A stretch of 64,000 bases of DNA, from the IMG/VR virus record IMGVR_UViG_2529292751_000006, positions 32,001 through 96,000 of that record; one strand, written 5' to 3'. The notes below the pieces were generated by a model. It saw nothing but the letters and a program-made list of their open reading frames with translations, was not told where the DNA came from and did not search any database. This document shows positions 30,611 through 39,851 of this stretch, one piece after another; positions within the stretch are counted from its first letter, which is position 1, and the number at the start of each line of letters is the position of its first letter. This stretch comes from a virus. Taxonomy: Duplodnaviria > Caudoviricetes. Made by a program: the position numbers and the translations under genes.

Positions 30611-32374
30611 TTATATGGTTTGCCATGTGTTATTTTTATATGTTTTTATTATATCACCCTCTTGAATAAGTAATAATTGTTTTCGTACAGTAAATACTGC
30701 ACTTTCTTGATATGCAGATGCGGATGATTTATCATCTACTGCTCGTACTCTTATTCTAGCATTTGTAATATTCAATCCATCGGGAAGCTTATATTCTATT
30801 GATACATCCGTTATCTTTGCAACAATTGACACCCAAGAAGAACCGTTGTAGAAATCTACATCGTATGTAATTGCATCCCCCTCTGGATCCGTAGATGCAT
30901 CCCATGATACTGTAATGGTTTCACCTGTTAGGTATACACTATTTGTGCTTGCTGTTACTTTTAGATTTGTTGGCACTGTCGGTGGCATACTTCCTAATTC
31001 AACAAGTTGAATTTTAACATATCCATCACCAGATTTTCCTGTTGTTGCAGATGTGTTTTCCCCAGATATATAGGAACCACCACCGCCACCTCCATATCCA
31101 TCATTGTAACCGCCGCCACCTCCAGAGTAGCCACCACCGCCGCCGCCAGGATAATTACCATTACCACCACCACCGCCAAATCCACCTACACTTGCGTCAG
31201 AACGTGCATAACCACCCAGTCCACCATTAATAAAAGCTTGTCCACCTTGTACAATGCTATTTTTTCCATCCGCTTTCCCCCAGCTTACAACTGTCTGTGT
31301 TGCATATTCAACAGATTGTCCCTCACTATAAAAGCCACCACCGGATCCAGCAGGATAACGTCCAGAAGGAACTGATTTCCCTCCTTGTCCTGATGAACCT
31401 CCATACGGAGTCGTCGAACCGTAAGATGATGACCCAGAAGTAGATGTACTTCCATCTCTTCCGTATCCATTAGTATTATCATTAGAACCGCCACCACCAC
31501 CACCGCCGACAATCAATGGTATAGTCGATGATAAAACACTCCCTTTGGCTACGAAACTGCCACCACCGCCACCACCACCTTGCGGATAGCCCATGCCTTG
31601 CTGTCCTACTAATACTTGAATTACGTCACCTTGTTTTAGTTCAATTTTCCCACTAGCAATTGCACCATATCCACCCCTTGCAGTAAGGCTTGAATTTGAT
31701 GTTTTCCCACCTTGTGCGCCTGCTGCTGTAATCTGATATTTCCCACTCATAGGAACTATCCATTTCATAATTGTCCCTGAACGACCAGTAGACGTTGGGT
31801 TGAAATGAAGAGTATCATTTAATGCTAGTGCTTCTGGGTATTTAGTTACACCAGAATTTAAAGTATTAACTGTATGTGTTGTCATGATTTCCTCCACTTT
31901 GTAAGAGTAATAAGCCGAGAACATTGTTCCTGTTCTTCCCCAGTATACCGTTGCATTTGCAGGAACTACTACACGGATTGCTTCTCTTGTATCTAGTCTG
32001 CTGAAATATCGCTTTTCATTCAAGGTTCTTCCATCGTTATATGCAATTCCGACAATCGTCTTACAGTCTTGGAATCCACCTATTTGTGAGTCCCCATTCT
32101 CTAAGAGAAGAGAAAGCGGTTCGCCAGTATTATTTGTCAATCGAATAACATCCGGACTGCCCGGTGTAGTCCTAAATTCATTGGCAGGAACATATGTCGG
32201 TTCACTAGAATCGTTATAAGCAATTAATGCACCGCCTGTTGATATCTTCTGATATAATGGCTTCCCATCTCCATTCCTGTCGCCTGCTGTCCAGTGTCCA
32301 AACTTATCTGGACCTTTTTCTAAATCCTTAAAATAGAAAGTTTGATTAACAGGAATGCTTGATATGTTGCCCAT
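30611..32374 (-). CDS. Glycine-rich (polyglycine II-type) adhesin with FN3 domain and C-terminal docking motif; extra N-terminal domain
   Basis: WIVPMSGKYQITAAGAQGG...LVGQQG...GGGGGS...GGFGGGGG...GGGGGYSGG...GGGSY (ALK/LTK-like Gly-rich fold); WDASTDPEGDAITY FN3; LLIQEGDIIKTYKNNTW. Confidence 0.85.
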   Translation of the reverse strand: MGNISSIPVNQTFYFKDLEKGPDKFGHWTAGDRNGDGKPLYQKISTGGALIAYNDSSEPTYVPANEFRTTPGSPDVIRLTNNTGEPLSLLLENGDSQIGGFQDCKTIVGIAYNDGRTLNEKRYFSRLDTREAIRVVVPANATVYWGRTGTMFSAYYSYKVEEIMTTHTVNTLNSGVTKYPEALALNDTLHFNPTSTGRSGTIMKWIVPMSGKYQITAAGAQGGKTSNSSLTARGGYGAIASGKIELKQGDVIQVLVGQQGMGYPQGGGGGGGSFVAKGSVLSSTIPLIVGGGGGGGSNDNTNGYGRDGSTSTSGSSSYGSTTPYGGSSGQGGKSVPSGRYPAGSGGGFYSEGQSVEYATQTVVSWGKADGKNSIVQGGQAFINGGLGGYARSDASVGGFGGGGGNGNYPGGGGGGYSGGGGGYNDGYGGGGGGSYISGENTSATTGKSGDGYVKIQLVELGSMPPTVPTNLKVTASTNSVYLTGETITVSWDASTDPEGDAITYDVDFYNGSSWVSIVAKITDVSIEYKLPDGLNITNARIRVRAVDDKSSASAYQESAVFTVRKQLLLIQEGDIIKTYKNNTWQTI

Positions 32375-32388
32375 TTTATAACCTCCCT

Positions 32389-33669
32389 TTAAATAGATTC
32401 CCAGTTTCCATTTTTATAAGCCTTGCTTACATCTCCATCTTTAATTATATACAACTGCTTGGCTATCGTGAATACGTTACTTGATACATAATCAGATGCA
32501 TTATTTTCACCATCCATTGCTCGCACTCTAATCTGTGCTTTATCTGTTGCAATTGATGGAAGGATGCAGTCATACTTTGTGTCTGTAATTTTTGCTGAAA
32601 TATTTGACCATGCAGAGCCATTATAAAATTCAACCTCATATGTGATAGCACTTCCATCTGGGTCAGTTGATGCATCCCATGATACAGAAACTATTTCTCC
32701 TGACATGTATATATTATTTACACTTGATGTTACTTTTAGATTTGTCGGTACTGTTGGAGGAAGACCTTCAAGTTTTATTAATTGAATCGTGACATAACCA
32801 TTTGATGAATTATATCCTGCTGATGCAAATTCTGTAACTCTGTCAGGGCTTGCGTATGAACCGCCGCCACCTCCTCCTTCATTGTTACTTTTTCCACCTG
32901 ATCCACCAGAATATCCACCGCCACCTCCTCCTCCAAAATAACCGTTACCAGCACCGCCGCCAAATCCACCTTCGCCACCTGCACTCTGTGCAGATGCAAC
33001 TCCATATCCTCCTGTTCCACCTCTGCGAAAAGCTTTACCACCTTGAGTGTAACTGCTTGTAGGAGAAGATACAGTTTCCCAGCTTACTATTTTACCATCT
33101 GACCCATATGAAACAGTGTGCCCATCTGTATAGAATCCGCCGCCACCACCGCCAGGGCAAGATCCACAAGGTATAGAGTTTCCACCATTACCGTTAATAC
33201 CGCCAATTGGTTCGGATTGTCCAGGTGAAGTTCCTCCTGAATTAGATATTGTTCCAACTCCTGCGCTCGTAGTATAACCAGCGCCGCCACCACCACCAGC
33301 AATCATAATTGGAACTGAAGATGACAGGGACCCAAGTGCAGTGAAACTACCGCCACCGCCAGCTCCTCCATTATCATAAGAGCCGCCAGCATGACCTACT
33401 AGCACCTGAACAACTTCCCCTTTCTTTAAGGTTACTGTTCCAGTAGTAGCTATACCTTGACCACCAGAAAATCCTTTCTTAACAGCAGTTCCACCTACTG
33501 CACCTGCTACTGTAAATTTATACTTGCCAGCAGTCGGAACAGTCCATGCCATAATTACTCCATTACGACCATAATCCGTTCTATTAAATTGAAGAATATC
33601 ATTTACCAAAAGTGATGCAGGGTATTTTACTACTGCACTTCCAGCAGTGTTTACTGTATAAGTTGCCAT
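32389..33669 (-). CDS. Glycine-rich adhesin with FN3 and C-terminal docking motif (paralog)
   Basis: WTVPTAGKYKFTVAGAVGG...GGFGGG...GGGGYSGG; WDASTDPDG; LYIIKDGDVSKAYKNGNW. Confidence 0.85.
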   Translation of the reverse strand: MATYTVNTAGSAVVKYPASLLVNDILQFNRTDYGRNGVIMAWTVPTAGKYKFTVAGAVGGTAVKKGFSGGQGIATTGTVTLKKGEVVQVLVGHAGGSYDNGGAGGGGSFTALGSLSSSVPIMIAGGGGGAGYTTSAGVGTISNSGGTSPGQSEPIGGINGNGGNSIPCGSCPGGGGGGFYTDGHTVSYGSDGKIVSWETVSSPTSSYTQGGKAFRRGGTGGYGVASAQSAGGEGGFGGGAGNGYFGGGGGGGYSGGSGGKSNNEGGGGGGSYASPDRVTEFASAGYNSSNGYVTIQLIKLEGLPPTVPTNLKVTSSVNNIYMSGEIVSVSWDASTDPDGSAITYEVEFYNGSAWSNISAKITDTKYDCILPSIATDKAQIRVRAMDGENNASDYVSSNVFTIAKQLYIIKDGDVSKAYKNGNWESI

Positions 33670-34904
33670 ACTATCTTCTCCTTTCTAAATAACTGTCCAT
33701 ACTCCATCTTTATATGTTTTCACATTATCTCCGTCTCGCACTAATGCAAGTTGAGCGGCAACTGTAAACACATTACTCATTGTGTATGGAGATGCATCAT
33801 TTTCATTATCAAATGCTCGAACTCTAAATTGTGCATTGCTTGTATTACAAATTGGAAGTATACCGTCGTATGTTGAACCTGTAATATCTTTTGCAATGCT
33901 TACCCATGTAGAACCATTATAGAAATCTATTTCATATCTAATAGCATTTCCTTCAGGGTCTGTTGATGCAGTCCATTCCAATGATATTGTTTCATTGGAT
34001 AGATTCATACTATTAGAGACTGGCTGTTTTACAAGTGATGGATCTGTTGGTGGTTCATTTGCAGAGCCAATAAATGTAATTTGAACTAGACCATGACCTG
34101 ATTTGTAACCTCTTGTATTTGTTTGATTTTCTCCTATATTATAAGAACCGGCTCCAGCTGAAATAGGGGACCCCATATTACCTGCGCCGTGACCACCAGT
34201 ATATCCGCCACCACCGCCACCGCCAGAGTAGCCTCCTCCTCCTCCTCCGCCAAATCCACCATGACAATCGTTATATCCTTTTCCTCCAAGTCCTCCTGAA
34301 AGAAAACGAATACCGGCAGAGCCATAACTTTCACCATATTGGGTATCATTAAAGCCATTTGTATTAAATCCTGCCCCACCTGCTCCTCCTGTCCCTCCTC
34401 CATGACTCGCCCCATTGCCTTCACCTTTTGATGGCTTTCCTCCAGGAACTTCACTTGCCAGTTTTGAAATTTCTCCAGGATATCCGTCTAAATCCCTCCA
34501 AGTATAAGTGTATCCACCACCACCACCTGCAATTAAAAGTGGTAGATTTTCTTTTGCTATAAATGTTCCACCACCACCTCCTCCAATTTTATATGTAGAC
34601 TCACTATAAATTCCTCGATGCCCAATAAGAATACTGAGAACTTGATTTTTTCGCAAGATAAAGTCACCTGACATTAATGCTCCTTTACCTCCATTAGCAC
34701 CACCACCTTGAGCACCCATTGCTACAATTCGATATACACCATCATTAGGAATTGTCCATTTTAATATCGCTCCTGATTGCCCAGTACTAGTGTTGTAAAT
34801 ATTCATTACATCTCCACGCTTTAAGCTTGCTGGAAATGTTGCTGTGGCACTGCCTGACTGATTCACTGTATAAGTTGTCATGCTATCTTCTCTTTTCTAA
34901 ATAA
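33653..34904. repeat. 40-bp direct repeat (37/40 identical) at 33653..33692 and 34865..34904 spanning stop, SD and start of adjacent adhesin genes
   Basis: actgtataagttgccatactatcttctcctttctaaataa versus actgtataagttgtcatgctatcttctcttttctaaataa. Confidence 0.8.
33685..34881 (-). CDS. Glycine-rich adhesin with FN3 and C-terminal docking motif (paralog)
   Basis: WTIPNDGVYRIVAMGAQGG...GGFGGGGGGG...GGGGYTGG; WTASTDPEG; LALVRDGDNVKTYKDGVW. Confidence 0.85.
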   Translation of the reverse strand: MTTYTVNQSGSATATFPASLKRGDVMNIYNTSTGQSGAILKWTIPNDGVYRIVAMGAQGGGANGGKGALMSGDFILRKNQVLSILIGHRGIYSESTYKIGGGGGGTFIAKENLPLLIAGGGGGYTYTWRDLDGYPGEISKLASEVPGGKPSKGEGNGASHGGGTGGAGGAGFNTNGFNDTQYGESYGSAGIRFLSGGLGGKGYNDCHGGFGGGGGGGYSGGGGGGGYTGGHGAGNMGSPISAGAGSYNIGENQTNTRGYKSGHGLVQITFIGSANEPPTDPSLVKQPVSNSMNLSNETISLEWTASTDPEGNAIRYEIDFYNGSTWVSIAKDITGSTYDGILPICNTSNAQFRVRAFDNENDASPYTMSNVFTVAAQLALVRDGDNVKTYKDGVWTVI

Positions 34905-36243
34905 TTTTCCATATGCCATCTTTAAATGACTTCACTATGCTGCCGTCTTGCACTAATAAAAGACGAGTTGAGATGGTGAACGTATTACTTACTGTATAAT
35001 CTGATTTCCCTCCTTTATCATCACCAGCTCTCACACGAAACTGTGCTTTGTCTGTATCTAACTTTGGAAGAATAGCAGAGTAAGAATTTGCTGTTACATT
35101 TGACGCTACTGGACTCCAAATAGAACCATTATATAATTCTATCTCATATGAAATTGTATCCCCATCTGGGTCAGTAGATTCATCCCATTGAATCTCCACT
35201 GTTTCGCCAGAAAAATTTACACTATTGGTAGAAGGATGTTTTTTAAAAGATAACGGGTTTGAAGGAATTTCATTAATTTCTAATGAATAATACCCTGCTA
35301 TACTCGCTATATTATATTCGGGTTCACCAATACGAATAATATCCCCAGTTTTTATTTCAATAATAACTGCTTTCATACCACCGCCAGAAGGAGAATATGA
35401 TTTAATAACATTGTTTACTGATAAGAAGGCTTCTATCCCTAAATATGCCGAAGAAGGTCTTCCTCCAAAAATAAACATGTAGCGGCCACTCGGGTGATTC
35501 CATACTTTCTCTATATAAGATCCAGTGCTATTCTTCATTCCATTAACAACTGTAGGGCTAGAAGTATCTCCATAAAATGTAATGCAAGATTGAGCCGAAT
35601 CCCATTCCCCTAAAACTTGCTCATTTAATCCTGTATACTTTGACTTACCATTCATTACAAGGCATTGATTAAAAGTCGTAGACTTTTTCCAACCATCTGC
35701 GCTTAATTGAGTATCCGCATTTCCACTATAAGTTGGATAACTTAATCCGAATCTAATATCAGTTCCTTTGACAGTACCTAATGTATAATCAAACTTCCAC
35801 TCAGGAAACTGACCTGCAGATTTACCATACTTTCGACTAGCTGCTGCAATTATTAGATGCTCATTTGATAATCCATTAAATCGTTCCATACTTCCATGTG
35901 TGCCGTAATCAGTATTAGAAGTGTCTTGTGTTATAGTAGTGAGACTCAGTCTGTATGTTTTTCCTGAATACATTTTTACATCTTGAAAGTCTTTCCATAT
36001 GTTAGAGCTAACAGTTTTACGATTGTTATCTGTAATTGCCTTATCTTCCATACTTGAAATATCATAAATAACTTGTCCCGTTGACTCGTCACTAATTCTA
36101 AGGCGATAAATAATAGGGCCATCCCCACCGTTATACGTTTGAACATAGACCTTATTCATGATGATATTTATTTTAGGTGTCACCAATACATCGTAAGCGG
36201 CACCCCAGTTACCTTCTGGTCTAGGTACTAATAATGAAGGCAT
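34897..36243 (-). CDS. Adhesin with unrelated beta-rich head but the same FN3 and docking C-terminus
   Basis: No Gly-rich domain. C-terminal WDESTDPDGDTISYEIELYNGSIW...LLLVQDGSIVKSFKDGIW is homologous to the three downstream genes. Confidence 0.8.
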   Translation of the reverse strand: MPSLLVPRPEGNWGAAYDVLVTPKINIIMNKVYVQTYNGGDGPIIYRLRISDESTGQVIYDISSMEDKAITDNNRKTVSSNIWKDFQDVKMYSGKTYRLSLTTITQDTSNTDYGTHGSMERFNGLSNEHLIIAAASRKYGKSAGQFPEWKFDYTLGTVKGTDIRFGLSYPTYSGNADTQLSADGWKKSTTFNQCLVMNGKSKYTGLNEQVLGEWDSAQSCITFYGDTSSPTVVNGMKNSTGSYIEKVWNHPSGRYMFIFGGRPSSAYLGIEAFLSVNNVIKSYSPSGGGMKAVIIEIKTGDIIRIGEPEYNIASIAGYYSLEINEIPSNPLSFKKHPSTNSVNFSGETVEIQWDESTDPDGDTISYEIELYNGSIWSPVASNVTANSYSAILPKLDTDKAQFRVRAGDDKGGKSDYTVSNTFTISTRLLLVQDGSIVKSFKDGIWKII

Positions 36244-36262
36244 TTGTATTTTCTCCTTTCAT

Positions 36263-36294
36263 GAAGAAAAGCGACCATTCAAAGAATGAATCGC
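36263..36294 (-). terminator. Putative intrinsic terminator
   Basis: Minus strand GCGATTCATTC-TTT-GAATGGTCGC (one bulge, one G-U) followed by TTTTCTTC. Confidence 0.55.
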
Positions 36295-37344
36295 CTATAC
36301 TACTTCTATTTTTGTAATGGATTTATATTTTGTTCGGTCAATTGGTATTTCAAATAACACTCCATCTGTGTAATTATCATTCTTAGTACCATCTATTTTA
36401 TGAATGGCATTTACTTTTACGTCAGAGCCTACAGACGATAAAAATTCATTTAATACTAGTTTTGTTTCTGGATTTGCCTGGTCAAATTCAAATACCTTCT
36501 TCTCTCCCATTTCCGTGCCGCCATCAATGATTGCACGGAACTTCAAGAATCTTTTCTGTGGAAGTTTACTTGAATTAAATAGTGTATATGGACTAAATGT
36601 AATGCCATCATCTGATTCAGCGTATTCAACATCTACAGATCCTCCAAGCTTAAATGAAAGGTAGTTTGTATATCCAGATAAAGTTTGAAGTCCATAACGC
36701 TTATTCGAACCATTTTCCCAAGTGTTGATATAAAAAGGCATAGAGGTTGCTTTAGTGTCACTTGAATTTAATCCATATCCACTAAAATAGAATTCTATCT
36801 TATTTCTTTTAATGCGAATAGCAACAGGAAATCTGTTAGCTGAATTATTGTATTGTCCATAATATATCCAAATCAATGTAACATTTTCATCAGAATAATA
36901 TCTGCTATCAAATATTTTAGTATCGGATCCATTAGAACCTTCAAAATCAAATGATATAACAGGATAAAAGCTGCCATTCACGTAAGAGCGAGAAAAACCA
37001 GAATCGTAAAAAGTATTACTAAAGCTAGTAATTTCTTTATTGAAAAATTGTATACTACCTTCTGTGCTGATACCAATCCATTTAGTAAAAGGAAAATCCT
37101 TTGAAACCAAAGGTGTATGCATAATTAAATTCCCAATACTATCGTCACCCCATGCTGTGCCAAATTTTGCATAAGCCGGGTTAGTTGTGGTACCAAACAA
37201 ACCTAATGATATGTTTTCTTCATTAGCCCATTCAGCCATTTTATTATACGCAGATGTAGATTCTAAATCCGTACTTAATTCATAAGTGCCGCTCATGACT
37301 TTAGTACCTTTACTTGTCTCATATGAAAAAGGTATACTTACCAA
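36295..37344 (-). CDS. Fibre-associated beta-rich protein with Asp-box-like motif
   Basis: TTG start with SD GGAGGTG; YAESDDGITF; C-terminal KSITKIEVV resembles TNIKKVEVK of the adaptor. Confidence 0.7.
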   Translation of the reverse strand: MVSIPFSYETSKGTKVMSGTYELSTDLESTSAYNKMAEWANEENISLGLFGTTTNPAYAKFGTAWGDDSIGNLIMHTPLVSKDFPFTKWIGISTEGSIQFFNKEITSFSNTFYDSGFSRSYVNGSFYPVISFDFEGSNGSDTKIFDSRYYSDENVTLIWIYYGQYNNSANRFPVAIRIKRNKIEFYFSGYGLNSSDTKATSMPFYINTWENGSNKRYGLQTLSGYTNYLSFKLGGSVDVEYAESDDGITFSPYTLFNSSKLPQKRFLKFRAIIDGGTEMGEKKVFEFDQANPETKLVLNEFLSSVGSDVKVNAIHKIDGTKNDNYTDGVLFEIPIDRTKYKSITKIEVV

Positions 37345-37357
37345 ATGTCACACCTCC

Positions 37358-37699
37358 TTAATAATTCCTTTGAATTTTTACATCTAATATCTTTTGCATA
37401 CCGCTTCCTAAGTCTACTACTTCGGACTCCCATACTCCTGAGCCTACAAATGCTTGTGGCCCAATTTGACGGAGTTGAATACCATTATCTTTAAACTCTG
37501 CATCATTAAACTGACCTTTATTTAAATCTACTTCATATACTTCTTTTACTTGTAGGTTTGATGCTTGTGCTTCTATCCAATCTAACCTTTCATCAACAGA
37601 GTTAAATCGACATTCCGCTCCCTCTCCTACCACCATCTCATTGAGCTGCTTAATATCCTGAAAGACTTTACTTGCTTTACTGAAAGAAATAATCTCCAT
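37358..37699 (-). CDS. Short fibre N-terminal module (MDIISY family)
   Basis: MEIISFSKA...FNSVDERLD...GVWESEVVDLG matches the 472-aa protein MDIVSYSKA...FANVKARID...GVWTSNIIHLG. Confidence 0.75.
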   Translation of the reverse strand: MEIISFSKASKVFQDIKQLNEMVVGEGAECRFNSVDERLDWIEAQASNLQVKEVYEVDLNKGQFNDAEFKDNGIQLRQIGPQAFVGSGVWESEVVDLGSGMQKILDVKIQRNY

Positions 37700-37710
37700 C
37701 TTATTCCCTC

Positions 37711-38487
37711 CTATAGTACAATCACTGTAATAGATGTACCAACAGATTCATTTTTACTTGTATCTACTGCTTTAAGTGTAAATATATGTTCTCCATTTGA
37801 AATACCGTTCAATACAATAGATGCACGTTTTGTAGAATCTATTGGAGTTTTAATATTATCAATATAAATATTAATCTTATCTAAGTCAGCATCTGTAGGG
37901 TTTACCCACTCCAGATTTACAACTCCTTGAGATGGAGAACTGCCAACTAGTCCTTTTATATCTGCAGGTGCCGTTACGTCCACTTCTGTTTGAGTTTTAA
38001 TGCCTGTGATATTCCCTTTGGTATCATAAGAGTAAGTCTTCGTTACAGCGACCTTTTGCCCTTTATTATTTGCAAATGTTTGAACTGATTTGCTTAATTC
38101 ACCTGCCGCCAAGTTTCTGTAAGAATACTCTACTATCATTTCTTTATCGCCTGTTGTAGTGTGGCGAATGATATTTCCGTATTGCTCATCATACTCGAAT
38201 TTTTCATCATAGTTCCCAGAGTCTGTAGTGCCTTTCAAGATTGCAGCTTCTAAATCTCGTTTCAAGTTTTCAATACGCTGGATTGTTAATATCCCACTGT
38301 TTTCATACCCACGGATTAAATCATCCACAACAGCTTTTGTATTATCATCAAATAAATCACTATTGATATGCGTAAATCGATCAAACACAGTATCATAGAC
38401 ACCCATTAATTTAATAATGTCATCAATAATTTCTATTAAGCTATCTTCTAAATCATACTTTTGTATTTTTGTTGACGTTTTATTCAA
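37711..38487 (-). CDS. Structural protein with C-terminal FN3 domain
   Basis: DVTAPADIKGL...NLEWVNPTDADLDKINIY...FTLKAVDTSKNES; YD-like KTYSYDTKGNI; TTG start with SD GAGGAGG. Confidence 0.75.
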   Translation of the reverse strand: MNKTSTKIQKYDLEDSLIEIIDDIIKLMGVYDTVFDRFTHINSDLFDDNTKAVVDDLIRGYENSGILTIQRIENLKRDLEAAILKGTTDSGNYDEKFEYDEQYGNIIRHTTTGDKEMIVEYSYRNLAAGELSKSVQTFANNKGQKVAVTKTYSYDTKGNITGIKTQTEVDVTAPADIKGLVGSSPSQGVVNLEWVNPTDADLDKINIYIDNIKTPIDSTKRASIVLNGISNGEHIFTLKAVDTSKNESVGTSITVIVL

Positions 38488-38565
38488 AATTTTTCCTCCT
38501 CATCTACTATAGAGTTCATATTTTATGATAGCATATGCATCTGTTCAAGTCGTTTAAGGTTTAGT

Positions 38566-39435
38566 CTAAATAGCTTTTATGTTTTGAGGTATGATTCGTT
38601 CATCTTCTAGAATCTTATGATTTGTTAAAAGAACCGGCTCATTGTTTAGGTATAGTTTTAATATCTCGAAATCAACTATTTTGTCGTTTATATTCATGAT
38701 TTCTTGCACTAAATCATTATATATAAAACTCTGCCCCATCTCGAATTTACCAAAGTGTTCTTGCAACTTATTTTGTGTTTCAAAAGATATATATGATTTT
38801 TGTTGAGCACTTGTCGATTCATGAAAAGCCAGTTGTGCTGTTATATCTATCGGAATTTCAATCGGCGTAATAATATTAGGACGATTGCCAAACGCTTTTA
38901 CTTTTAATATCTGTTCTTCTACATTATGAATCACTTCTTCTTTCTCATATCCATACTCAGGTATCACAATGAAACTAAAGCTTCCTGTTCCGTGAGTATA
39001 TTCTTTACCTATTACATCTCTTACTCCATTTACTGTTAAACAAGCTAATCTTAATGCAGTATGGTTTGCAGTAGCTGATGCAGGGACAATTTGTATTAAT
39101 TCAGCACGATACATATCATCATCAATTAACTTCTCTGTTAACACTCCGTCTGACCCACGAACTTGATGAATTCTTCTTTTATAACTGAATAATCCTCCAA
39201 TTAAATCTAAATGCTCATTCACAGCTTTACTAATAACACCTTGATCTAATACATCTTGAGCAAAATCATATAGCGCTACTCTTTTGGGGTCGTCACCTGG
39301 TCCAATCTCCGGAGCAATCGCTTCTGTGATAGAACGTGCAATGCTTCCTGCTGAAAAATTTGTAATAGGTGTATTCTCAGATATAGAAACACAAGCATCT
39401 CTTATAATCTCTTGCGCACTACGTTTTAATAACAT
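38566..39435 (-). CDS. Baseplate J/gp6-like wedge protein (short form)
   Basis: ITNFSAGSIARSITEAIA.E...HLDLIG; YRAEL...ALRLACLTVNGVRDV...GTGSF; F.MGQSFIYNDLVQEIMNI; adjacent to the gp25-like gene. Confidence 0.8.
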   Translation of the reverse strand: MLLKRSAQEIIRDACVSISENTPITNFSAGSIARSITEAIAPEIGPGDDPKRVALYDFAQDVLDQGVISKAVNEHLDLIGGLFSYKRRIHQVRGSDGVLTEKLIDDDMYRAELIQIVPASATANHTALRLACLTVNGVRDVIGKEYTHGTGSFSFIVIPEYGYEKEEVIHNVEEQILKVKAFGNRPNIITPIEIPIDITAQLAFHESTSAQQKSYISFETQNKLQEHFGKFEMGQSFIYNDLVQEIMNINDKIVDFEILKLYLNNEPVLLTNHKILEDERIIPQNIKAI

Positions 39436-39447
39436 AATGAAAACCTC

Positions 39448-39849
39448 CTATAATTCTAGTGGCTGCTTAACAACTACTTTTCCTTTTTTATCTGTGCTTA
39501 AAATGGCAAAGAACTCTATTGCTTCTATACTAGTAGGAACAGCTCTAACATCTATATCTGCAACCTGAAATCGACCATCGGCTGTTAATGTTTGATAAAT
39601 TTGCTCCACACCTCTCAAGCCTGTTTCTCTAGTGTTTGGCTCTCCTTCTAGTAATTCTAAATCAGCACCTATCCATTTATGAGATCGCCATTCTCCTTTT
39701 TGAGAATGCATTCGATTCGTAATGTCTTGTCTAGGAGATTCATATTGTTCTGTAAGTGCAAAATCACCCGACTCATCAACCATGTAATCTCCTTCGATTT
39801 CATTCTTAGTATCGTAAAAACGAATATCAGATTCATTATAATTTCTCAT
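39448..39849 (-). CDS. Baseplate wedge gp25/GpW-like (sheath initiator) protein
   Basis: GDFALT....RQDITNRM.SQKGEW..H..IGADLELLEG fits the gp25/XkdS pattern; canonical position before J. Confidence 0.75.
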   Translation of the reverse strand: MRNYNESDIRFYDTKNEIEGDYMVDESGDFALTEQYESPRQDITNRMHSQKGEWRSHKWIGADLELLEGEPNTRETGLRGVEQIYQTLTADGRFQVADIDVRAVPTSIEAIEFFAILSTDKKGKVVVKQPLEL

Positions 39850-39851
39850 CT

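Noticed and set aside
30994-34454. Low-complexity ccaccacc repeats and small alternative-frame ORFs
   Set aside because: Explained by glycine codon runs; not a CRISPR array or a separate repeat element.
30611-36243. Diversity-generating retroelement or shufflon acting on the adhesin paralogs
   Set aside because: No reverse transcriptase or invertase in the window, no adenine-specific TR/VR pair seen, and all copies are co-oriented.
38000-38220. RHS/YD-repeat toxin
   Set aside because: Only one or two YD-like strands in a 258-aa protein; no RHS core.
38530-38560. Sporulation sigma-K/sigma-E promoter (CATATGCT on the minus strand)
   Set aside because: The -10 fits CATAnnnT but there is no matching -35 at the right spacing.
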